From Lingula anatina (taxonomy: Eukaryota; Animalia; Brachiopoda), in assembly GCA_051362555.1 (NCBI GenBank), contig CM120649.1:2418001-2482000 (forward strand): DNA of 64,000 nt, in the 5' to 3' direction. This document shows positions 50,590 through 62,887 of this stretch, piece by piece. The position numbers and the translations under genes were made by a program. The stretch's first letter is position 1. Each line of letters starts with the position of its first letter. Below the pieces are notes generated by a model that was given only the letters and a program-made list of their open reading frames with translations, was not told where the DNA came from and did no database searches.

Positions 50590-50840
50590 GGGACCAGTAC
50601 CATAGATTATCGTATTTACTATGGCTCGATCCTTCTCCATGGGGATTCTCGATAAATTGTAATCAGCTTAGGCGGCTAGGATGTCCGTAACGCCTACCGA
50701 CTGCCATGGGGTAATTAACTATCGTTTGGCAGCTTCAGTAGGCGTGCCAGACATCTAAGCCGCTTAAGCTGAAAGAAATTTAGCAAGAAACCTCCGGAGA
50801 TGGATCGGACCTATTAGATCGATCTTGGTATGGGAACCCA
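50590..50840. mobile_element. Degenerate palindromic MITE-like insertion
   Basis: Inverted arms cagcttaggcggctaggatgtc / gacatctaagccgcttaagctg and taccatagat / atcttggta. Confidence 0.5.
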
Positions 50841-51037
50841 GAAAAAACCTCAATGATGATAAAACTGAATTGATCTATTTCAAATCAATCCTGTTGTTCG
50901 GAATGCCTAACTATCAAATGGGAAAAATCAGTCTATTTAGAATTCAGCAGTTCGTTTCCTTCGAAAACTCATAAGTTCCACCATATCACGTGATTCTCAC
51001 ATGTACACCAGTTCTCCACGATCTTCATTAGTTATAA

Positions 51038-51327
51038 CCCGCACGAAAATGCAGTAGTATCGAAGTAGCAAAGAAGCATTAATGCAGTAGTGGTGTGGAG
51101 CATATTTGCAGTAGAAATGCAGTATAGCCTACTGCAATTCTACTTCAAAAATTACATAGGGTTGTACAGAGGAGGAGCATTAATGCAGTAGATTAGCAGC
51201 ATGATAGAAGCATGTTTCAAATATGCTAATTACATGTAGCTCCCACATCGAAGCAGATTTGAAGCATGTTTGCCGTATGATTGCAGTAGTCTACTGCGCT
51301 GGAGTATCTACTTCGTTTTCGTGCGGG
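51038..51327. mobile_element. MITE with CCC termini and subterminal gcagtag repeats (CMC/EnSpm-like), inserted in the L2 relic
   Basis: TIR cccgcacgaaaa / ttttcgtgcggg. The empty site ggttacccacatgc is at ~10757. Confidence 0.75.
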
Positions 51328-51507
51328 TACCCACATGCAGCCTTAAAGAATAGTCTATAAAATATAATTCTTGACTTTACATGAATAATATAATTTACTT
51401 ATATATTTTATTTAATAATAAATTAATAATAGAACTTTTAAAACTCTTCTTTCCTGTAGTCAATTTCATCTCAAGCGAAACGATACAAAAAAGGCTTAAA
51501 ACATATA

Positions 51508-52171
51508 GGCTATTCACACTAGCATTTTCGACCGCGGTCAAGGCCTGCATGACCTCGGTTCTGTCGCGGTGAACTTTTCTAATGTGAACGGACGACGTAC
51601 TCCTGACCGCGGTCGAAATAAACCCAGATCGGGAGCTGGGTTAAATCGGAGTTAACTCCGGATGTTTACATATGGAACGCATGCGCACAATTGGGCAATT
51701 AATCAACTGATCTCGTTTGCAAGAAATCCTCGCAGCTATTTGAGTCCTATGAGTATGAGTAGCAGCAAAATAGTAGACCTATCATTGTCTGAGGATGCCG
51801 TCAAGGGCCTCCTCGCCAAATGGTCGGAGAGTGAGGTACAACGTAAATTAGCAGGAAGCGCCAAGAATAAAACGGTCTGTCGCAAAATAGTCTTTAGGGT
51901 ATCTGCATCACCATGCCTACATAGTATCTTATCTTTTGTCACCGTTTTGCGGTAAACTCATATATCTGAAATAAAATAATTTAAATATAAAGGGTCGGAT
52001 TTTTACTTATCCGAACAATAGAGTGCATGCTGAACAGGGAGTACGATTGCTGAAATTCTATCGCTACTGATCGCTGCCGGTATCAGAGTGAACGCAAATA
52101 ATCTCGGTTAAGTTGACCGCGATTCAATCGGAGTTAACTCGACCGCGGTTAACTGCCTAATGTGAATGGCC
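51508..52171 (+). mobile_element. Non-autonomous PIF/Harbinger-like element with a Myb/SANT-like (trihelix) relic
   Basis: TIR ggctattcacac / atgtgaatggcc. It encodes SEDAVKGLLAKWSESEVQRKLAGSAKNKTV, resembling Harbinger Myb-like ORFs. A similar element-free site is at ~10965-10985. Confidence 0.7.
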
Positions 52172-53965
52172 TAATATTGTCACAGGAGTTTTGAGATTGT
52201 TGCACTTATTTTGTGGTCTTATTTTATTAACATATCAAATGTGTCTTAACTCTTACCACTCTCTTGAAAAGAATTTTAAAACCTTTTTATTTTAAAGAAT
52301 ATTTCGATTTACTAAAATATTTTAGTTTTAAATAACTTTATGTTAGTTTTTAATATATCTTTGTGGTGTTAGTTTTTATATGTTAGTGTAAGCAACACTG
52401 AGACGCACATTGAGCGCGGTTTTAAAAAATGTATTATCATTATTATTTACATAAAATCGTTTGAAAATATTTGAAAAGTATCAAAGTCCAGGTGAATTGG
52501 TAGTGACAGGCTGGAAAGGTAATAAATGCTAAATCATTGACATTTCCCGCCTTAATATTGAGCAGTTAACAATATGTCCCTGTACAAAATATTATCAGAG
52601 TGCCTACTTATAAGAGATCTTCACAGACAATCAGCGTCTGGGGTAATAAACTAGCCCAGTTCTGTCATCTCTTGTAACAAGAGCCTCGTGGTGCGGTGTA
52701 CAGCTCAGGTGACTCCTGCTATCAGGACGAGTGAGGTGTTTTCTCACGTACACCCAAGTCTACAGTTAGTGCAGGTTATAAGGCACAAATTTAACGCCAT
52801 CCTTTCTATACATTTTCTTTTTCGTGTTAATCCCAGCCATTTTCCGTAATATTTACTTTAGCGATAAAGGAAAGTTCCTCAATTATCCAGGTGGTAATTG
52901 GCAGTGTTTATTTTTCACTTTGAACTTTTTACTTATTTGATATTTATTCATGTTTGATATTTTGCGATATATAAGTACTGCCTGCATTAATGAGAATAGT
53001 TTGAAGGTATTTGGAAAGTTCCAAAATCCCTTGAAATTAGATGTTAGTAATCTGTGGCAGGGAAGGTAGTAACTGCTTAATCATTAGCAGCGTCCTGTTC
53101 TGGTATTGAGCAGTAAACAACTTGTCCTTGAACAGACTGTTATCAGAGAGTCGGGAAGGATATAAAGCGAATTGAAACACACTTATCAGCGCCTGGGTTA
53201 ATAAACTAGCCCATTTTTTGCTATCTCCCGTAACAAGTGTCTGTGTTGCCTCGTAAAACGTAGGTGATTCTGGCTATCAGGACGAGTAAGGTGTGTCAAT
53301 TCTCACGTACACCCAAGTTTACATTTAGTGCAGGTTTAAAGGAGCCATCTAGAATGTGTTGAAAATCAGATTATAAACTGAATCCCTGGAAATGTAATAA
53401 ACTTAATAATTGGATATCATACATGAATGTTAGTATGATTTTTCACAGTTTTGTGGAGATGATTTATTTTCAATATTATTGCGAGAATGGAAATTTGAAA
53501 TCGAAAAATCCCTTGAATTATATCTTTCGATGATCGAACTGCGTGGCTTCTGAACACTTTTCACGAAACGGAAGGCCAAATTTAGTGCAAATCCATGGTT
53601 GATTGAACTAAGATATAAAAAGGGGAACTATATAAACATACAGTTACAGGGGGCTTGTCTGAATAGTAGATCGACCTGAAGAACAAAAAATTCAAATTTG
53701 GCACTTACCTTTATCAAATCTTGTTTTTTATCTTGTTTACCAGGTATAATTTTCAGACAGGTAAATATCTGAAAAAATCAGGTGATTCTGTTACAGTCCA
53801 TGGGTCCAAGGAGGGTGGCGAGAGGATAATCGTAAATAAGAAGCTACCAGTATTAAACTGCAACTTGATCTAAAATTGATAACGAGTTTTAAATGTTGTT
53901 GGTCATACAATCATGATACATCTTTTATTCAGAAAAATAAAATAAAACGCGCACCAGATGCTCGA
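52172..53965 (+). repeat. Duplicate of the TRIM1 upstream block, with two more copies of the ~80-nt core
   Basis: Cores at ~52695 and ~53262 (degenerate). The surrounding sequence matches parts of 9126-10520 and 11000-13390. Confidence 0.85.
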
Positions 53966-54162
53966 TAAATTAGGAGAATATTGTTGATCAATGCTTATTG
54001 GCTGATCGCAACTTAAGTAATGTAGAACTGACTGAAACTTTCACAAAATCACTCCATTTTCACAATTTCTCTTACCAGACAATTTATTCAAGAACGAACT
54101 TTTTCCCAGTTAAAGAAGAAGTAACCTCGTGAATGTTGCTCACATTAAAATGTCATTTACAG

Positions 54163-54473
54163 GCCTACCCAACTACCAGACTCGGCACCGAATGATCCTG
54201 AATGCACCGGTATATCAGACCACACTACCCGTTTTCAAGGTGTGAGTCAGTACACATTTCACAGTATCATACCCCGAACAAATTTTGAGTGGTGATGCAA
54301 TACTTTTCAACCCCGCTGAGAATCGTCACTATCACATCGCGTACTAGGCAAGAGCGGTGTCGCGTCTGATACTGTGAAATGCGTACTGATACACACCATG
54401 AAAACGGGTAGTGTGGTCCGATCTACCGTTGAATTCAGGACCATTCGGTGCCGAGTCTGGTAGTTGGGTAGGC
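54163..54473. mobile_element. Long-TIR (~105 bp arms) MITE
   Basis: gcctacccaactaccagactcggcaccgaatg... is the reverse complement of ...cattcggtgccgagtctggtagttgggtaggc. Confidence 0.85.
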
Positions 54474-54510
54474 ATGATTTAGCTGCATTTTAGGCCGGTC
54501 TAAAGACAAT

Positions 54511-57372
54511 CGGCTGTTTCATAATCAGGGGTACAAAATAGGGGTCACATTGAGAGAAAAAAAAACTCTGATGCATTTGTTTAATTTTGTAACAGATAAA
54601 AGGAATATGATCTTAACTATAATATCTACAATTTTTAGAGCACAACATTAGTTACTTTTTGTGCTACGCTCAAATTAACAGAACGCCCCTTAGACTATGA
54701 TCTGGGGGTACGGACACTACACATTCAAGTAACTGATGCTTTTGTAACTGAAATATCATAATGTTTACCAGTTATTTTTGCCAAAATTCTAAAAAATATC
54801 AAACTAAAGATATAACAGCAGTACTTTATCCAAAAGGATACAAGTACATGTATTAATCAAAGACTTTTTTAGAGAAACACCACAGCACGTTTTTCAGTGG
54901 ATACTGGAGCTTGGTTGTGTGTCATTCAGTTTGACTTTCATTCACCAGACTTTAATTTTAACTTTTCTTTCTGTTGCTTGACCTTTTTTATTTATTCATT
55001 TTTTTCAGTCTTGATTCCTGTTTTTGGAGTCTTTTCTTCTTTTTCATCTCTCGTTAATTTGCACCTCTTGTTCTACTGTTTTCAGGATTGTTGGGTTTCT
55101 GCTTCTCCTTAACTCTCTGTCAGTATGCCCTAATTGCTCTTTATTTTAGTCTTTCTTGCTGGGCCAGCCTAGGATGATTCTTCATTTTTTTGCTTCTCTT
55201 CTATGTTACGTGCACTCAACGTAAAACGTCTTCCTTACATGCTTCAGCAAGTTATCTTTACGGATATTAGCTCTTTGACGTCTTTTTTTTCAAATTATTT
55301 TTTGCTGAAAGTAAAAGGATCCCTTTTTCTTTTCCTATTTGGCTTTTTGTTTATTGTCATCCATATTTGATACTTCATTCACCGAGAGTATAATAAATGT
55401 ACTGTTAATTATGCATGTATTGAAGTGTTCGTACCGCCTCAAAATATATCATATACGTTAATCTATAGAATATTAATCCATATACAGTTTATTATTTTGC
55501 AATTAGCTATATTTGGCAATATATTCAAACCAATATTGTTAATTTTGAATGCAAAGAGTAGCATCTTTACTGATATTATTTCTTTGCAAAATCTCTTGCC
55601 TGACTCTAATTAATCAGTATCACTTTATCGAATATATATTTATATACAATGTTTTTTCTAAACATCACAAGACATGAATGCATTTTATATAGTCTAAAAC
55701 AATATTTTGTACCATATTTTGATGTTTTATCATCATTGATAAGTAGCCAGTTATCCAATGGTTAATGTATAACTTGGGGGTACGGACACTACAGTGGGGG
55801 TACGGACACTACATTTGGCACCAAATTCTTGCATATCTTTTCATAATAAGGGGTTATGTGCTATTTTCTTCCTGCAAAATAAATGTCAGTGTAGACATTA
55901 TAGAATAATAAAATCAGACAGAATATGCTGTGATTCCTAAATAAAACAGATAGGGGGTACGGACACTACAAAAAGTAGGAGACACCAAGGGGCTCATGAT
56001 TATAAATACCATAGCATTAATAATAATGGTTACATATGCACAACTCCTTTATCAAGTTTAAGTCATAACATGGTAAATTCATCATATTATCACGTAGGTG
56101 ATGTAAGTGCCAGATTCCCTGTTTTATATAAACAAGGTGTAAGTACAGATTCCTTGTTTTAGCTTTAACAGTTGTGAGTAGTTTTCATTACTTGCGTGAG
56201 TAGCGCGCTTATTTGAATGTTATTGAGTCATAACGCTACAAGAATCTGTACAAGAAGGGTCTCTCCTGCAGTTAACCGTATTTCCCAACGTAGTAAAGTG
56301 TATTGTAACAGTTCAAAGGGAGAAATCATAATGTAAGTGTTTATACTATCAAATGTGTTTGCATAGTGTATTTATAAGTTTTCTGTATAAATTATAAAGG
56401 TGAAAAAATAGGTATATAAGATAGAGCACCTGATAGGGTGTGGCCATTAATATGAAATACGATAAATGTTAAATATGAGAACGCATTGGTTTAATTATCA
56501 ACTGTAAACCCTTCCTGTAATTCAGTATATAATGTTTAAATTATGATTATTGCATTATAAGGTAAACTTCATATCATTTGTGTTCATTGTATAGATATAG
56601 CAAATTTCAAGTCTCGCTATATATAACCGATTTAATGTAATGTAATGTTCAATATATCTAGTAAATTATAGTTTCCTGTATTTATTTATTTCTTTATGTA
56701 TTTATTCATTTTATTTATTTATTGTTTTCTTTCCTAGATTATGTACCTTGCTTGCTTGCTTGCTGTCATGCTGACATGCTGACCTGCTGACTAGTCCATT
56801 TACTGTACTGACATAAGCGATGTGAATGGTTACTGAACTGAACATTTAAAATAAAGCATGAGTAACATAAACTCCAATGTCTCAACGATTTCACAGGTGA
56901 TTTCAAAGTAATATTTGGCCTTATCAAATATGTTTTTCATTGCATTAACAAAAATAAGTGAAATGTGTATCAAAGCCCGTTTCTGCAAAATGGTTACAAT
57001 ATATTTTTTTCTCAGAACATATCTTTGGAAGAACCTGCTAGAAGAGAAGACAGATGTTGTGGGAATTATATACCAATATCATATTCACCATAAATCATTG
57101 GCATAGAGAGCTAGTGCATCATCTTTATTACCTTAATTGCAAATGACCCACCGTAACAGCTAAAAATAGGTACTTTTGGAACACATAATTGGCTATATTT
57201 TTGTAAATTGTAATCCGATTATTATAATTCTTTTTTTATTTTGCTCCTATGAACAGTGTCTTTGATATTAGTCTATCAGCAATCTCCAATCATAAATTGT
57301 TAATTTATCAGACACTTTAACCACATTAACATTAACCACATTTAATTGTTCATCCTGATTGTGAAACAGCCG
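54511..57372. mobile_element. Non-autonomous TIR DNA transposon (Academ-like from CG termini and 3-bp TSD), 100 bp upstream of the TRIM3 TATA box
   Basis: TIR cggctgtttcataatcagg / cctgattgtgaaacagccg with AAT on both sides (54508-10, 57373-75). The internal motif gggggtacggacactaca occurs four times. The superfamily call is tentative. Confidence 0.7.
56102..56895 (+). mobile_element. Solo LTR (794 bp) nested in the TIR element
   Basis: TGTAAG...TTCACA termini, a perfect 5-bp TSD GGTGA (56097-101, 56896-900) and AATAAA near the 3' end. Confidence 0.75.
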
Positions 57373-57473
57373 AATGTAACTGACATGTGATTTAATAGGT
57401 TACCCTCGCATCCCCCACCGTCCTTGGCAGAGGATATCACCACTTTGTCAAATGACGTGGTCTGATGTTCGTG

Positions 57474-57508
57474 TATATAACCCAGAAGCAGTGTTAACCA
57501 GTTTAGTC
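57474..57508 (+). promoter_or_regulatory. Putative TATA + Inr core promoter of TRIM gene 3
   Basis: TATATAA at 57474 and TTAGTC whose A is at 57505 (31 nt). A CRE-like TGACGT is at 57453. Confidence 0.55.
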
Positions 57509-57592
57509 ACAGACAGAAAGGCCACGAAAAAACGCGACACCATGAAGTGACAAGACTTATAACAGCTTTTTGGCTGTGTGTAAACTTGTGTA

Positions 57593-59434
57593 ATGGCATC
57601 AAAGAAGCTGTACGAGGAGTTCAGTGACAATTTTCTCACGTGTCACATCTGTCTTCACGAGTATGAAGACCCGCGTCTCCTCCCATGCTATCACACTTTC
57701 TGCCTGACTTGTCTTGCCCAGCACGTGGCAGCGAGTGGGACGGGAGGCAACATCACGTGTCCAGTGTGCCGCCAGGAGGCGCCTGTTCCACCGGGTGGGC
57801 TGGAGAAACTTGTCCGTAACTTCTTTTTGTCCAAGGTGAAGGACTTTATGTTGAAAACAGAGAAAAAAGACAAAATGTGCGGTAACTGTCACTCACAAGT
57901 TGCTCAATTTTACTGTCAAGATTGCAAACATTTTTTCTGTGAGAAGTGTCGACAAAAACAGCATAACGCTAAAAAAATTCTGCGGGGACACACAATGATT
58001 TCAGTGTCTGATCACGATAAGCAAGTCCAGGAAGAAATAGACGCTTCGCTATTTTGTGATAAACACAAAGGACAACAGTTAACCTTTTATTGCACAGATG
58101 ACGATGTTGTTGTGTGTCGTGACTGTATTCTCACCAAACACAACAAACACAACTGTGTTGACATTGCAGATGTAGCGGAAATCCACAAAGTAAAAATAAA
58201 TAGTGCCTTTAATGATGTATCTAAGAACATTTCACTGTTTGAAAAAGCAGAGTCAGAAATATCAAAGCAACAGAAAGATACAACTAACGCTGTAAACAAA
58301 ACGGTGGCCGACATACAACAACAGGAGGCGGATATTATAAAAGAGGTTCAGCGTATTTCTGCTCAGTTGATAGCAGAAGCAATAGACCACGCTGCAACGC
58401 ACATGAAGTCACTCGAGGCTGAGAAAGATCGCATTCAACTACAGAAAGTATCCATCCACAGCACATGTGAGTTTGCCAAACAGCTTGTTCAACATGGCTC
58501 CCACACGGAGGTGATGACACACGCTAAAAAAATCCGAGCAAGGATGAAAGAACTGAACAATGTTAGACCCACCGTACAGGTAAAAAGAACAGAGATAACT
58601 TTCAGTAAAGGGAGACTTCCAGTGGACTTCTTTGGTCGCGTGAAAAAATGGCTAAATACTGCATCTTTGGTTGGTGAGTTTGATAGTAGTATGAAAGATG
58701 TATGGGACATATCGTGCAGCCAAAGAGGGACAATATATTTAGTTTCTAACAGGCTGGGTAAACTTACAGCAATATCACCATCTCATAAGGTGATATTCCA
58801 GGTTGATGTACCAGATCCCAGAGGTGTCACCGTGCTCAGTGATGACAGACTGGTGGTTACATGTGATGATGGATGCCGAATGTATTCTTCCTCCGGGAAA
58901 CATGTCAAAACATTTGGTCAGGGTGACATTTCTAACCCCCACGGTGTTACAGTGAACAACAATGGACACATACTTGTCTGTGACGTGGACAATAGATGTA
59001 TATGTGTGTATGACGCTGTGCAGTACAATCTTATCAATAAGATAAGTGTTCCTATGTGTGAAGACCCACTATACATTGCAGTGCTCCCATGTCGTGACAC
59101 CATTGTGGTGAGTGACAGTGATGGACACTGTGTATATGGAGTGACCCACCAGGGTGATGTAGTGTTCCAGTATGGTACACCAGGTGAGGGAGGCTCAGGT
59201 GATGGATACCTGGATTACCCCTGGGGAGTGTGTACAGACAGCGTGGGGCACATCTTCATTGCTGACCAATCGAATAACAGGGTGGTTGTTCTGTCCTCAG
59301 ATGGCCAACTGTTAAGATACGTGGTGGGTCAACAACAGGTTTCAAGGCCAACGGGTGTGACCATTGATAACAAAGGACAGCTTGTAGTGGGGGAGTATGG
59401 AGGCGAGGTGAAAACATTTCGCTTTGTTCATTAA
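57593..59434 (+). CDS. TRIM-NHL E3 ubiquitin ligase paralog 3, 613 aa, intronless
   Basis: Intact RING, two B-boxes, coiled coil and NHL repeats, colinear with paralogs 1 and 2. Confidence 0.95.
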   Translation: MASKKLYEEFSDNFLTCHICLHEYEDPRLLPCYHTFCLTCLAQHVAASGTGGNITCPVCRQEAPVPPGGLEKLVRNFFLSKVKDFMLKTEKKDKMCGNCHSQVAQFYCQDCKHFFCEKCRQKQHNAKKILRGHTMISVSDHDKQVQEEIDASLFCDKHKGQQLTFYCTDDDVVVCRDCILTKHNKHNCVDIADVAEIHKVKINSAFNDVSKNISLFEKAESEISKQQKDTTNAVNKTVADIQQQEADIIKEVQRISAQLIAEAIDHAATHMKSLEAEKDRIQLQKVSIHSTCEFAKQLVQHGSHTEVMTHAKKIRARMKELNNVRPTVQVKRTEITFSKGRLPVDFFGRVKKWLNTASLVGEFDSSMKDVWDISCSQRGTIYLVSNRLGKLTAISPSHKVIFQVDVPDPRGVTVLSDDRLVVTCDDGCRMYSSSGKHVKTFGQGDISNPHGVTVNNNGHILVCDVDNRCICVYDAVQYNLINKISVPMCEDPLYIAVLPCRDTIVVSDSDGHCVYGVTHQGDVVFQYGTPGEGGSGDGYLDYPWGVCTDSVGHIFIADQSNNRVVVLSSDGQLLRYVVGQQQVSRPTGVTIDNKGQLVVGEYGGEVKTFRFVH

Positions 59435-61311
59435 CTACAAGTTAAGTAGTATATCAGACGTTACCAGGCAACGTCATTTCTACCACAAAAAGAGAGAAAA
59501 ATTACAGCGAAACTTTGTGAACATTACTTGTTCAATACATAAGTATGGATATTCTTTTAAAATTACAACTGTTATATTGGAAGATGATGATACTGGTTCA
59601 AAAAAATTAGTTATATGATAATGTAGGAGTGGGAAAGTAAAAATATCCATTATGTACACTAACCAATTTCATGTCGAGGTTCAAAAGTGACAACAAAACC
59701 AATTTAATTATTTCTTTTACTATTTTTCGCACTTTTACAGTCTAGTTATGCTACTGTATTGTAAAACATATATTTTATTTGAGCACTGATATTGTTTAAT
59801 ATGTTTCTAAAAAAGGACACAGGACGACAAGTTATTTTACCTTCAATGAATCAAATGTACATGAAACAAGCTTTTAAATAAATGCTTTTAAAAATTTCGT
59901 CAGTAATACCAGTATTTACCAGCAGGAATATTGTAACACTTACGTAAGCGCTGGGACATTATGGTTTTACCTCCAACCACCGCGATATCCGCATGAAGAC
60001 GGATAAAGTCACCGCGTCTCCTCATACACTACACGTGTATTATAGCTACTTGAACAGGTCACACTCTTAACTTGAAATCCTAGGTTTAAGGCTCTGTCGA
60101 TGCATTTGTATAGTTCGAAATGCACCCTTGTCACATTTTTCTTTCAAAAGTAAATGAGCAATAACTTATTATTTCTGTGATATCCTTCTTTTCACGTACA
60201 AATATGTGAGTTTGGATATAAGTTTATTTTGTTTTACAGAAATTCAAAAATGAATTGCTGACTGCCATTACATCATGCTGTAATAATTTAGCGGGCGTGT
60301 GACTGGATATATGGGCTTGAAAGATAATTAGATCGCGCAGTTTGTGTTATTTATCTTTTTAATTTTTTTTAATTCTTCCTTTCCATTCCCAAATTTTCAT
60401 TAGAAATATCATTTAAAATTAAATGTATTTCACCTTTAAATCTACAAGAAGCATTGGAATGACTTTTAATATTAGCACATTCTGAGACCGCCACGTCGTC
60501 AAAGTTACCATTAAAAATTAAATTAATGTATTCCACGTTGTATTTGTCACTGAAAGGCGACAGTTACGTCATTGCGCATTTATCCAACAGATATCCTAAC
60601 TTGAGGGAGTGGCCAGCTCAGATTGGCAGAATGGTCAGTGGCAACGGCTGATTGAAAACTGTTCAAGTAATTTGACCTTTATAATTACAATGTTTTAACA
60701 AATTTTCCTTTTGGAAGTACGGGAGTATTGTGTGAAGGGCGCACATTCTGTTGTCCACGCTCACCTAAAGCATTCTGCTGCCATCGTTCACCTAAAGCAT
60801 TCTTCTGCCCTCGTTCACTTTTAAACGCTTTCTGTTGTCTACGAGCCCAATTTTGAGCATAAACATAATGTGACGCCTTGTCTTATGATTAATACAAGAT
60901 GCAGTCACTAGATATTTCAGCTTGTGTTTGATAATTGTCATGTATGATCCAGCTACCAAGTTAATGAACAGTTTTGCTCAGGGAAATTTTAGTTCTCAGC
61001 TAGTAAAAAGTCAGACAAAAGGTGTTCTAGTGTTCTGTTCTAGTGGTCTGTTCAAATATCTGTGGATCTGGCGGAGGGTAGAAACCTTGGCGATAAAGGA
61101 AAAGTTACCCAAATTTCAAGGTCAATAATCACCAATATTTCTTATTATTTTGTACCTTGAGCTTTTTATTTGATTTTTGTAATATTTACCTTATTTTTGT
61201 ATTTGGTTATATAAAAGTTTTAAGCGCATTATATGTTCTGTGCTCAGTCCTATTCTCTTTACACTACAAATTAGATCGATCTTGGTATGGGCACCCAGTC
61301 AAAATCCTCAA

Positions 61312-61521
61312 GGAGTGTGTACAGACACCGTGGGCCACATCTTCATTGCTGACCAGGATAATGACAGGGTGGTTGTTCTGACCTCAGATGGTCAACTGTT
61401 GAGATACGTGGTTGGTCCACAGCAGGATTCAGCATCAATGGGTGTGACCATTGATAAGAAAGGACAGTTTGTAGTGGGGGAAGATGAAGGCAAGGTGAAA
61501 ACATTTCGCTATGTTTCCTAA
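61312..61521 (+). pseudogene. 3' fragment of a fourth TRIM-NHL paralog (last ~2 NHL blades, open to the stop)
   Basis: GVCTDTVGHIFIADQDNDRVVVLTSDGQLLRYVVGPQQDSASMGVTIDKKGQFVVGEDEGKVKTFRYVS*, followed by the usual TRIM 3' flank. Its 5' side joins sequence matching the MITE end at ~50815-50840. Confidence 0.9.
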
Positions 61522-62671
61522 CTACAATTTCAGTAATATATCGTCGACATCATTTTATCCACAAAAAGAGAGAAGAATTACAGCCAAACGTTGTAAACAT
61601 TGCTTGTTGAATAAATGATTATGGACATTTTTGAAATTACAACTGTAATATTGGAAGGTGAAGATATTGGTTGTAAAAAACTAATAGTTATACTATAATG
61701 TAGGAGTGGCAGAGTAAAATAATTCATTATGTGCGTTTAAATTCCACACTAACCAATTTCATGTCGAGGTTCAAAGGGACAACAAAACAATTTAATTTTT
61801 TTTTACTCTTTTTGGTACTTTTACTATACTTCAACTGTATAATAAAGGTACAATTTTTTTAGCAATGATAAAGTTTGATATGTTTCTAAAAAGAGGCCAC
61901 AGTACGACAAGTGATTTTACCTTCATTAACAAGTTTGCACGTTCTCTTGTATTTTTGTAAATAAATGCTTTTAAAAATATCATCAGTAATACCAGTATTT
62001 ACTGTGAGACCAGCAGGAATATTGTAACACTAACATTATGGTTTTACCTCCAATCACCGCGATATCCACATGAAGGCGGATACAAGTCACCGTTACCGCG
62101 TCTCCTCATACACTACACGTTGGTTAGTTACTTGGACCTGAGGTCACACTCTTAACTTGAACTCCTAGGTTTTAGGTTCTGTCGATGCATTTGTATAGCT
62201 CGAAATGCACCTTTGTCACATTTTTTACAAAAGTAAACGAGCAAAATTTTATTAATTCTATGATATCCTTCTTTTCTTGTACAAAAATGAGTCTAGACAC
62301 TAGTTGTATTTTATTGTACAAAAAAAAGAAAGAAAAGAAAATTAATTGCTGACTCTCTCTCTCTCTTTCTCTCTCTCTCAAATATTTGCGAAACAATTTA
62401 CAATTTAATTTAACTTACAAGCTTTACAAATTTTTTTTTGGGGGGTGGGGGGGTGGGGGGCATTTTGGGCAGAGAATACTTGTAGAAATAATAGGCACAT
62501 GTTATGAAAACGTGTTACGAAACCTGAAGATCTAAAATCGTGGTTAATTTGCAGTCAGTTTGTTTTCTCATCATGCTGTATCGGCCGACAGCGCGACAAA
62601 GAGCATCAAGGGAAAAGCATTCATACATTAATTTAACCAGTATATCTTATTATGTTTTCACGTGTTCCGCG

Positions 62672-62887
62672 TCGGGAATTAAGGTGTATATCAGCCGCGT
62701 TCCATCCAACGTGGAAGTCAAGATGTGCCAACAGAATGTCGAGTTGATCCGCAGCAGGAATAAGTTCTATGCCCAGTACATCGATATCTCTGAAAGTAAT
62801 GAAGTTAAGGAATTTCTAAGGAGACAAGAAGGGACTTCTATCGGTCCACAGCTTTTTAACGGCGAGGAATACTTTCTGACACTGTAA
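62672..62887 (+). pseudogene. SH3BGRL: SH3BGRL-like pseudogene copy 3 (no ATG, 3' deleted)
   Basis: SGIKVYISRVPSNVEVKMCQQNVELI..AQYIDIS..KEFLR..GPQLFNGEEY. Near-identical to copy 2, including flanks (62430-63900 versus 48310-49700). Confidence 0.75.
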
